A stretch of DNA of 20,000 nt, taken from assembly GCA_963976765.1 (NCBI GenBank), contig CAXBME010000005.1, positions 368,393-388,392 on the forward strand, read 5' to 3'. A program made the position numbers and the translations under genes. Shown piece after piece: positions 1 to 7,687 of this stretch. The notes beneath the pieces are model-generated. The model was not told the DNA's origin, ran no database searches, and saw only the letters and a program-made list of their open reading frames with translations. This DNA comes from an uncultured Planctomycetaceae bacterium (GTDB lineage: Bacteria > Planctomycetota > Planctomycetia > Planctomycetales > Planctomycetaceae). Within the stretch, counting starts at the first letter, position 1; the number at the start of each line of letters is the position of its first letter.

Positions 1-58
1 GAACGAGTCGTGTGCTCGATAGTTTCGAGCATTCGGACAAGAGCTTTGTTTCGAGAAA

Positions 59-413
<355 letters not shown>

Positions 414-417
414 TCTT

Positions 418-456
418 AATAAGCCACATGCGATTCGTCGCATGTGGCTTATTTTA
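418..456 (+). terminator. Intrinsic terminator of ssrA
   Basis: Perfect 16-bp stem AATAAGCCACATGCGA (418-433) / TCGCATGTGGCTTATT (438-453), TTCG loop, T-rich tail. Confidence 0.85.
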
Positions 457-477
457 TTGGACTTACAGCGATCAGAA

Positions 478-589
478 TGGGACAGGATCGTGTCCCACGA
501 TTGCCTCGGTCGGATAAAAATTGCATTTACGGTCGGATAACGCCTTGTCACAGTGCGGATAGTGAGCCTATGATGATTTATCCGACCGA
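478..589. repeat. Putative integrase binding sites next to attL
   Basis: Inverted repeat TGGGACA-N6-TGTCCCA (478-497); CGGTCGGATAA direct repeats at 507-517 and 530-540; partial CGGATA at 556-561; inverted 13-bp copy TTTATCCGACCGA at 577-589. Confidence 0.7.
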
Positions 590-616
590 TAAATCCATTC
601 ATTGAAAGGGCTGGCA

Positions 617-2404
617 ATGCCCATCCGTACCAAGAAGAAGTGGAAGCGAGACAGCCGAGGACATTTCCCAAGAGAGCTTGGGCAGAAGAGGACCGATTCC
701 GGGAAACTTGTGCCGCACAAGTTTCGGCTGAAATGCAATGAAGAGGCTGAGGCTGTCAGAAGGAACGCCCGACTGGAAGAGCTATGGCTCGCCATTGAAA
801 GCGAGGCCGAGAAGTTCGATTGGGAACCGCTCTGGAACGAACTGACGATCATGATCGGGCAGCAGATCGCAGAGGGCAGATACACAATCGAAGTCAGCAA
901 ATTCGAGAAAGACAGTCCCGACGCCTACGCTCGATACATCAACCGGCTCCAGACATCATTCCCGATGGTCACATTTGTTCCGGCACGTGGGTTGACCGAG
1001 GTTTTCGAAGAGGGGGCAGAAGATGCTCGCAGGAAGGCCAGCCGCTCTCTGAAGAAACGCATGGCAGAGTTTCGTGCTGAATTCGAGGATAAGCTCGTTC
1101 GGTTCGGGGGCCTCACTCGTGATGACGCCATGAACGGTTCAGAGATGCTTCACGAAGCACTGGACGAGTACGTGGAATACATCAAGACCACTGATATTCA
1201 ACCGGGCACCGACATCCTGACCGATTACGGCCAAATGAAAATCAACAACGTCGAGAGGCTCAAGGAACGCCATAACAATATTCCGCTCAAGTCGCTCTCG
1301 ACATTCGACAGCGTTCAGGCTTTGCTGAACATCTGGAGAAATCGGCCACTGGTAAAGAACTCCGATCCTCCTCGTCCTGTTACCATTAAAACTGCACGAC
1401 ACCACATTGCCGAGTTGATGCGGTTTCTTCGATGGTTGAATCGAACATCACACTTCGATTGGCGGAAGCCCCGTGACTTTGATGAACTCGACACTCGTGT
1501 CAAAGAAACACCGCAGGAGAAGAAGAGGCGCAATGGGCACACGCAAGTGGCCACATACACGATTGAGGAACTCAAGCTGCTGAATGAATACGCCACTCCA
1601 CTCGAACGGTTACTGCTGTTGCTGGGTCTCAATTGCGGTTTCGGGGCAGCCGAACAAGGTCGAGTAACCCTTTCAGACATCTTCCTGAACCAGCATCACC
1701 CAAATATCGAGTTGTTACAGCAACACGAATTGATGCACGAATTCGAGTGTCGCCCGACCGATAGCTTCCTGATGACATCTCGCCCCAAGACAGGAGTGTG
1801 GGGGGAATGGCTACTTTGGCCGCAGACAGTTGAGGCCATCAAATGGGGTCGTCAGCGTCGTGAGCGCATTGGCGGTGCGAACCAAGATGCCCTCTTGCTT
1901 GTAACCAGTCGAGGTACTCCGTTTTTGAAATCAACGTCAGCCGGAAACAGAAGCCAGAACTTCTCCAGACGATGGGCGGATTTGAACGGACGAGTCAAAA
2001 AAGAACACAACAGCTTTCCCACGCTGAGTTTTGGCAAGCTGAGAAAAACTGCCGGTACGATGATCCGCCACATGGCTGGTGGAGAGATTGCCGGGATTTT
2101 CCTGTGCCACGGGACGCCAGATCGAGGCAATGACCTTCTTGATGTTTACACTGATCGCCCATTCCCGAAACTGTTTACTGCATTACGTGACCTTCAGGAA
2201 AAACTAGCTCCCGTCTTTGATGCAGCACCGAATGATCTTTTTGCACAGCCGACTCAGCAGTACACGGGATTGTCCAAGATCAAACGCATTTACAAATTGA
2301 AAGACGACGGGATGCCGGTCCGTGACATCGCAATGGAAGTTGGAATCTCCAAGAGTGCTGTCCATCGGCATTTGAAGGCACGAGCCGAGAAGGCGAAGGT
2401 TTAG
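617..2404 (+). CDS. Atypical tyrosine recombinase/integrase with C-terminal helix-turn-helix
   Basis: Position next to ssrA; box I-like LLLGLNCGFG, RPKT lysine, box II-like FGKLRKT, FLCH and downstream VY tyrosine; C-terminal GMPVRDIAMEVGISKSAVHRHL HTH. ATG 617 (after GAAAGGG) preferred over TTG 602. Confidence 0.8.
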   Translation: MPIRTKKKWKRDSRGHFPRELGQKRTDSGKLVPHKFRLKCNEEAEAVRRNARLEELWLAIESEAEKFDWEPLWNELTIMIGQQIAEGRYTIEVSKFEKDSPDAYARYINRLQTSFPMVTFVPARGLTEVFEEGAEDARRKASRSLKKRMAEFRAEFEDKLVRFGGLTRDDAMNGSEMLHEALDEYVEYIKTTDIQPGTDILTDYGQMKINNVERLKERHNNIPLKSLSTFDSVQALLNIWRNRPLVKNSDPPRPVTIKTARHHIAELMRFLRWLNRTSHFDWRKPRDFDELDTRVKETPQEKKRRNGHTQVATYTIEELKLLNEYATPLERLLLLLGLNCGFGAAEQGRVTLSDIFLNQHHPNIELLQQHELMHEFECRPTDSFLMTSRPKTGVWGEWLLWPQTVEAIKWGRQRRERIGGANQDALLLVTSRGTPFLKSTSAGNRSQNFSRRWADLNGRVKKEHNSFPTLSFGKLRKTAGTMIRHMAGGEIAGIFLCHGTPDRGNDLLDVYTDRPFPKLFTALRDLQEKLAPVFDAAPNDLFAQPTQQYTGLSKIKRIYKLKDDGMPVRDIAMEVGISKSAVHRHLKARAEKAKV

Positions 2405-2461
2405 AAAGCTCTGGTGATGACACCCGCATGGCCTCCACCTTGAAACTCGGTGGAGGCCCAG

Positions 2462-2935
2462 ATGAACCAGATAACCAACTCTCTCTTCCGTTTTGGCGTT
2501 TTCGCTATCGGCTTCGCTGTCGCAGTAATCGCCTTTCTCGCCGTCGTTGGAATTGGCGGCCTTGTGTTGCCAGTGCTGCTGGGTTCTCTTGTCGGCGTGA
2601 CGCTGCTCGTGCTCGTCTGTTGGGGAGGCAGCCACCTACTCGGCCATCTCTTTCTCGGCCACGACCCTGCGTACCGGGAATGGTGCCGTAAGAGCGACCC
2701 TTGGTTTGACACCCTGCCTCCGCCATTCCGAGCACCGGATAGTCATCACGCTCCATACCAGTGTCTCCGATGTCATGGCGGCATGTGGTCCATCAATTGT
2801 GTCTGTCCATCTTGTGGCTTTGGCAGAAATGAAATGGTGTGCCCGTGTGGAGTCGAAGTGGTGCAGCCTCACGAGAACGCTTTCGAAACTACCGGAGTTG
2901 TTTGCTGGAATTGCCACCGCATCCTGAATCGGTAG
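2462..2935 (+). CDS. Hypothetical membrane protein with Cys-rich (zinc-ribbon-like) C-terminus
   Basis: GGAGG at 2452-2456 before ATG 2462; long hydrophobic stretch (about two TM helices); CLRC, CPSC, CPCG and CWNC motifs. Confidence 0.7.
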   Translation: MNQITNSLFRFGVFAIGFAVAVIAFLAVVGIGGLVLPVLLGSLVGVTLLVLVCWGGSHLLGHLFLGHDPAYREWCRKSDPWFDTLPPPFRAPDSHHAPYQCLRCHGGMWSINCVCPSCGFGRNEMVCPCGVEVVQPHENAFETTGVVCWNCHRILNR

Positions 2936-3194
2936 ACAGCGCCTCCTGAGACTATCGCCGGATATTTTGAGGCCGCTGCCCTTCTCGACATTTGCAGGAT
3001 GCTCCTGACTGTCCAACGAATACCGCCATTCGAACTTTTGTAACCACAATTCCGCAGACGAATCTTCATTCGGTCACGCACACATAAAGACATAGGGGGC
3101 TTGGTCGTTCTACAGGCCATCCCCGCCAGCCGCTTTTCAACATTTCTGACGATCAATTCGCCAAAACAATCTTTGCAACAGGAGTCGGACTGGC

Positions 3195-3229
3195 GAGAGC
3201 CCGCTCGACATTCCTGTCGAGCGGGTCTC
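3195..3229. terminator. Hairpin between convergent genes, probable terminator
   Basis: CCCGCTCGACA (3200-3210) / TGTCGAGCGGG (3215-3225), just downstream of the recombinase stop; no strong T tract. Confidence 0.5.
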
Positions 3230-3247
3230 CTGATTTCGGGGCGGGTG

Positions 3248-3982
3248 TTACAGGTCAACTTCCTTCATGGCAGACTGGTACTTGTCTTCAAGCTGACCAT
3301 CGAGAGCGACGTGCTGATAGACGGCAAGTGTCTCCCGCCGAGCGTGACCGGTGATGAGTTGCAGTTCAGCATCGGCCATCCCGGAATGCCGGGTCAGCCA
3401 TGTGATGGCTTGATGCCGGAAAGTATGAGGCGTTGCCTGTACGCCAGCTTCTTCTGCGTACCGCTTGACGATCTGCTGGATTCTGCGAGTCGAGAACCGG
3501 GAAGCTCTTCGTGTCTGGAAGAGCCAGCGATTGTGTGGGTGATTGGCCATGTGAGTCCGCAGTGCCGTGCCAAACGACTTTCCGAATAGCACGTAGCGGT
3601 CCTTCGAGCCTTTGCCCTGTTCGATCCTGATCTTGTGGTTGTCCAGATCAACGTCTTCGATTTTCATAGCACAGAGTTCTGAGACTCGGACACCGGTGAA
3701 GAACATCAGTCGAAGCATCAGGCTGTGCTGGACATCATCGGCCTGATCCACGATCCGATAAAAGCGCCGGAACTCGTCGCCGGTCAGAACTCGGGGCAGT
3801 CGCCGCCCCTTCTTCTTCGGGCTGAGGTCGCATTCCTGCCGGACCCGCTTGGAGATGTACCGCCAGTCGTCATAGTCGAGTCCAGCCTTGCGGATGATCC
3901 GACTGATCTGCGAGACGATCTTGGACTTGTCTGATTTCGCTTTTCCGTTTTGTGATGCGCCACTGGCCTTGTTTGAGGGCAT
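3248..3982 (-). CDS. XerC/D-like tyrosine recombinase (resolvase type, short N-terminus)
   Basis: Complete catalytic set: TGVRVSEL (R), GKGSKDR (K), TPHTFRH (HxxR), ITGH (H), AVY (Y). ATG 3982 has an AGGAG RBS; the ORF track start is 4057. Confidence 0.93.
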   Translation of the reverse strand: MPSNKASGASQNGKAKSDKSKIVSQISRIIRKAGLDYDDWRYISKRVRQECDLSPKKKGRRLPRVLTGDEFRRFYRIVDQADDVQHSLMLRLMFFTGVRVSELCAMKIEDVDLDNHKIRIEQGKGSKDRYVLFGKSFGTALRTHMANHPHNRWLFQTRRASRFSTRRIQQIVKRYAEEAGVQATPHTFRHQAITWLTRHSGMADAELQLITGHARRETLAVYQHVALDGQLEDKYQSAMKEVDL

Positions 3983-4080
3983 TCTTGGTGCTCCTGACGG
4001 GCTGAATCGTTCGTTGAATTTCGTGAACTGACTGTTCTGCGAAATTGCGGGTGCCATGTTGGACGCTCATGTCATGAAGA

Positions 4081-4112
4081 GCCCCGGAGCATCAACCTTG
4101 ATGCTCCGGGGC
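4081..4112 (-). terminator. Strong GC-rich hairpin after the 83-aa gene
   Basis: Perfect inverted repeat GCCCCGGAGCATCAA (4081-4095) / TTGATGCTCCGGGGC (4098-4112); only a short TCTT tail on the minus strand. Confidence 0.6.
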
Positions 4113-4124
4113 AGCCAACGACCA

Positions 4125-4376
4125 TCACTCAGGCTCAAAGGAATAATACAGGCGTGGGTCATGTTGAAACTTGACGCTCCCCCTGATTCCGCCTGTCTTT
4201 CGCTGGACGACACAGAACGGGGCCATGAACCCGAGGACTGTGAACTCTTGCTGGAGTTCTGAAGTCGTCCACACGTTTCCGACACCGTGCTTTTCTTCCA
4301 GCAGTCCCTTCGGGCTGGGATTCCGATTGATCTCTCGTTGTTCATTGCGGCGGATGGTTTCGATTGCGTCGTTCAT
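4125..4376 (-). CDS. Hypothetical protein (83 aa)
   Basis: GGAG RBS, protein-like composition, co-oriented with the cluster, preceded by the boundary motif. Confidence 0.75.
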   Translation of the reverse strand: MNDAIETIRRNEQREINRNPSPKGLLEEKHGVGNVWTTSELQQEFTVLGFMAPFCVVQRKTGGIRGSVKFQHDPRLYYSFEPE

Positions 4377-4430
4377 GCGTTACTCCGGTCAAAGGTGAAG
4401 TGGACTCAACGTCTCGATCACGGGTGTCAT

Positions 4431-4859
4431 TCATGAGGCCAGTTGAGACCGCTTTCGCTGTCGTTTTTCTTTCTGCCGGGCGTGATGCTCACGCACCTGT
4501 TGCCGCCACTCTGAGTTGCCGCCGTAGCGTGCCATCGGAACCAAATCGAAATACCTGAGCGGGCACGAGAAGCAATATGGACCGCAGGATTCTGACATGT
4601 CTTTGAATCCCCATTGCCCGGCGTGACATCGAATCAGGTCACAGGTGATCCAGCGTTGTTCAGGTTCAACTTCAACACCGTCCTTCTCAAACGTGCATTG
4701 CCACACTCCCCACAGCACACCGCTGAATCGTCCGCCACGAAAGCAGTGAGCAAGACAAACTCTTTTGACGGTCATGTCTTCGCCCTCACGCTCCCAAGCC
4801 TTGGTACGGTCTTCAATCAGGTTCCTTCGTGTCGCCGCTTGTGGATAAGTCCAGCCCAT
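4431..4859 (-). CDS. DUF6927-like protein of mobile elements
   Basis: N-terminal MGWT and WGFKDMSESCGPY...CP...WR motifs resemble DUF6927 (recalled, not searched); GGAG RBS. Confidence 0.7.
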   Translation of the reverse strand: MGWTYPQAATRRNLIEDRTKAWEREGEDMTVKRVCLAHCFRGGRFSGVLWGVWQCTFEKDGVEVEPEQRWITCDLIRCHAGQWGFKDMSESCGPYCFSCPLRYFDLVPMARYGGNSEWRQQVREHHARQKEKRQRKRSQLAS

Positions 4860-4870
4860 GTTGGTACTCC

Positions 4871-4905
4871 AAAAAGAAAGGCCAGTGAGTTCGTGCTCAC
4901 TGGCC
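4871..4905 (-). terminator. Terminator/attenuator-like hairpin in the leader of the DUF6927-like gene
   Basis: Perfect 10-bp stem GGCCAGTGAG/CTCACTGGCC (4880-4905), followed on the minus strand by TTTCTTTTT and then directly GGAG and ATG. Confidence 0.7.
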
Positions 4906-4931
4906 GTGCGGGTGTTCGATTTAAGGGGCCT

Positions 4932-5081
4932 CTAGCGAACCGCTTCGGTCTCGATCCGTTGCAGTGCCTCGTCAGACGGCTCGTCAGATGGATCGAATGG
5001 TAAATCGTCAAAGAGGTCGAACTCGTCGGCGACTTGATCGAGAACGTCGTAGTCGTCTTCGGTGAAGTGGAAGTCGTTCAT
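4932..5081 (-). CDS. Very acidic 49-aa protein
   Basis: ATG 5081 with GGAG RBS inside the 117-aa track ORF; 18 of 49 residues are D/E, with no K and 2 R. Confidence 0.65.
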   Translation of the reverse strand: MNDFHFTEDDYDVLDQVADEFDLFDDLPFDPSDEPSDEALQRIETEAVR

Positions 5082-5177
5082 TTCTGTCTCCAGTAATCGA
5101 GTGAGTGATTGACTGAAGACGTGGCGGGTGTCCGGTAAAATGGCCGCTGGCCACATAAATAGATCACGGAGGATCGA

Positions 5178-5735
5178 ATGTCTGAGTACCGTAGTGACCA
5201 TCTGACAGCCGCCACGTTTCGTGGCTATCAGCCCACTGAAGACTTCACTGACCTCATCCATGAGGCAGAGGAAGACCGTATCCATGCGGCGTTGACGAGC
5301 GGCAATCTACGAGCCGTGTTCAATGGCGCATCGGCAGCATCACAGGCAGATGATCCGTCGTTGTTTCTGGCCTTGCTGCAACGAGCCTTCCAGCAGGCGT
5401 GTGACGTTGAACAATGGGACGTTGTTGATGAGGCCGAGATAGACATCGCCACGGCGCTGGAAATGGTCCAGTTCGAGTGCCTTGAATCGTTGGCTTTGTG
5501 CGGTGAAGAGGCTGTTGCCTTGCTGGCATCAGTGCTGCAAGGAACCAACGATACTTTGATGTTTTCCGTGTTGAATGGGATCAAGGCCAGTGCCGATTCC
5601 GTGTTTGTTCCCATCGTCCACGGCTTCAAGCAGGAGCTTGAACATCTCGCCGTCCACGCTGACTCAGTGTCGCATTTGAATGATGCCGCCAACGAAGCAC
5701 TGGCAGCATGTTCTTCTGAGCTACAGCAGTTGTGA
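5178..5735 (+). CDS. Hypothetical acidic, Ala/Leu-rich helical protein (185 aa)
   Basis: GGAGG RBS before ATG; fills the gap between minus-strand genes; no recognised motif. Confidence 0.7.
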   Translation: MSEYRSDHLTAATFRGYQPTEDFTDLIHEAEEDRIHAALTSGNLRAVFNGASAASQADDPSLFLALLQRAFQQACDVEQWDVVDEAEIDIATALEMVQFECLESLALCGEEAVALLASVLQGTNDTLMFSVLNGIKASADSVFVPIVHGFKQELEHLAVHADSVSHLNDAANEALAACSSELQQL

Positions 5736-5796
5736 GGTCGCCTTGTGAGGTAGTCCAGAACTAGCGTCGGAAGGGCTTGTCCTGAAGGCGTGGGTG

Positions 5797-6708
5797 TCAG
5801 GCTTCAGCCTCAGCTTCGAGACGTTTCCTGACCCGGAAGTAGCTGGCTCGACTCTTCCCGGTGGCCTTGCACCAATGTTGCTGCTGGTCTGCTGTTGATT
5901 CTGGATGCCGCTTGATTGCATCCCGCAGTGCCTTGAGGTCTGCCGACTTGTTGTCGAGTCGTTTCGTGGCAATCTGCTTCCTGCCAAGTGACGACAACTG
6001 GCTCTTCAGTAACGGGCGGAAATCGATGCCTACGTCTCTGGCATAGCGGAATTTGCGAAGGCTGCTTCCTAGAAGCCGCAGGCTTAGCTGCCGGTCTTCA
6101 GACTCCTGTTCGATGTAATCAATCACGGTCTCGCAGTCCTCGACACTCAATTGGTCGAAGCCATTACGGGACAGATGCCGCATCATTTCGATGACCTCTC
6201 CGTTCGTGGCGGAAAGCTCGAACTGATCGCATCTCGTCAAGACAGCATCGAAGGCGTTATTGCTCTTTGGGATGACGTTGCAGGCAAAAACACAGCGAGA
6301 CGTGAACTCGAAACTGCTTGGCAGATCGGCAAGTTGGCTGCTCCCGTAGGTGACGATTCTTGGATTGCCCCACAAAGCCGATCTGAGCAATCCAAGATGC
6401 GCCATGGATGACGACGAGAACATCGAGTCCACGTCATCAAAGAAAATCACGGCGTCATCTCTGTGGGTCCACAACGTCGCAAAGAGCGCTAATGGAGTGA
6501 TGTGGCTGTTAATAAGCACTGGCTCGATGCCGCATTCTTCCAGCGTAGAGAGGATTACCCTGCTTTTGCCCAAACCTCCCTGTGCGCCAAAAACGAAGAG
6601 CCCCGCCGTCATCTTCCGTGCCAGAAGGCGGACGTGATGGGCCAGCAATTGCTGTTTCTTTTCCAATGCCAACAATGGTTCTGTGCCGTGCGAGTCGTCG
6701 AATGACAT
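5797..6708 (-). CDS. P-loop (AAA+-like) ATPase with possible C-terminal HTH
   Basis: Walker A-like GAQGGLGKS, Walker B VIFFDD, ACN sensor-like and LTR Arg-finger-like segments; C-terminal TGKSRASYFR. ATG 6708 has a GGAG RBS. Confidence 0.8.
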   Translation of the reverse strand: MSFDDSHGTEPLLALEKKQQLLAHHVRLLARKMTAGLFVFGAQGGLGKSRVILSTLEECGIEPVLINSHITPLALFATLWTHRDDAVIFFDDVDSMFSSSSMAHLGLLRSALWGNPRIVTYGSSQLADLPSSFEFTSRCVFACNVIPKSNNAFDAVLTRCDQFELSATNGEVIEMMRHLSRNGFDQLSVEDCETVIDYIEQESEDRQLSLRLLGSSLRKFRYARDVGIDFRPLLKSQLSSLGRKQIATKRLDNKSADLKALRDAIKRHPESTADQQQHWCKATGKSRASYFRVRKRLEAEAEA

Positions 6709-6755
6709 CTGGATTCTCCAGTAGAACAATTTGGGTGATGGCTTACTTGCGGGTG

Positions 6756-7160
6756 TCATTCCAGTCCGAGTTCTTCCCTGCCGACGTACTGGCCATATTC
6801 GTCAATCCCCAGAACCATCAGGATGCTGCTCTGGAGCGACGTTGCAGCGTCCCAGATGTCTTCTGCCGAATGTTGGTCGTTGTCCTTGAAGTCCGTATCG
6901 CCGAGTCTTCTGAGAAGCACACAGATCGAATGAGGCGTCACCTCGCATCGTCCCGTGTTCTCGAACACATCTGCCGGATCGCAGATGGCTTCCAGATGCG
7001 AATCAATCCCCCGATTCACGCATTGGGCAATTGCCGCCCATTCAATCGGGCACCGAATCAACATCGGGAATGGATCACTTCCCGTGGCTTCAATGGCTTT
7101 GCGAACTGTCGAGTACGGAAGCTCGATCAGGTCAGAGTTGGTGATCGTAGCTGTCGTCAT
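6756..7160 (-). CDS. Hypothetical acidic protein (134 aa)
   Basis: ATG 7160 (MTTATIT) after GGCGGA; co-oriented with the cluster; flanked by boundary motifs. Confidence 0.7.
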   Translation of the reverse strand: MTTATITNSDLIELPYSTVRKAIEATGSDPFPMLIRCPIEWAAIAQCVNRGIDSHLEAICDPADVFENTGRCEVTPHSICVLLRRLGDTDFKDNDQHSAEDIWDAATSLQSSILMVLGIDEYGQYVGREELGLE

Positions 7161-7333
7161 TGTGTGGTTCCGCCAGAAAGAAGGGTGGTTACTGACGGAA
7201 GCACGGGTGTCACTGGATAGAGGCACTCCAGAACCACAATGCCGCCGTGACGGGCATCACCAGTGGTCCTGTTCTTTTGGTGTAAGGACCACCGAGAAGC
7301 GACGTGTCACGGCGGCATCCGGGTGTCATGCTG

Positions 7334-7633
7334 CTACTCGTTGTCGAAGTACACGCAGTTGTATCCACCTCGATCAACATGAAATGCGACTGTTCCATGC
7401 TGGCGAACCATGCCAAATGCCAACTCGACAAGCTCATCGTGCGACAACTCAGCAAGCCGTAGTTTCTCTGCTTCGAAGGCTGCATTCGCCGCCTCGAATG
7501 CTTGTTGATAGACGACTGAGAATCGATCCGAGGCGATGGCCTTTGTGAGTGCCTCGTCTGGCCACTCTTCGAGCATGCTGTGGATTGCATCCCAAAGGTC
7601 GTCGGGAATCGTGAATGGCTCTGGCATGTGCAT
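7334..7633 (-). CDS. Hypothetical acidic protein (about 99 aa)
   Basis: Protein-like composition, directly downstream of ardC; start may be 7633 or 7627. Confidence 0.65.
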   Translation of the reverse strand: MHMPEPFTIPDDLWDAIHSMLEEWPDEALTKAIASDRFSVVYQQAFEAANAAFEAEKLRLAELSHDELVELAFGMVRQHGTVAFHVDRGGYNCVYFDNE

Positions 7634-7687
7634 CTCAATCTGTGCATGACGGACTCGGCTTACTTAGTCGAGTCCGAGAAAAGTCTG

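Noticed and set aside
2936..3240. ORFs 2869..3258 and 2636..3049 and a possible recombination site near 3155-3180
   Set aside because: No convincing RBS or protein-like sequence; the inverted symmetry is too weak.
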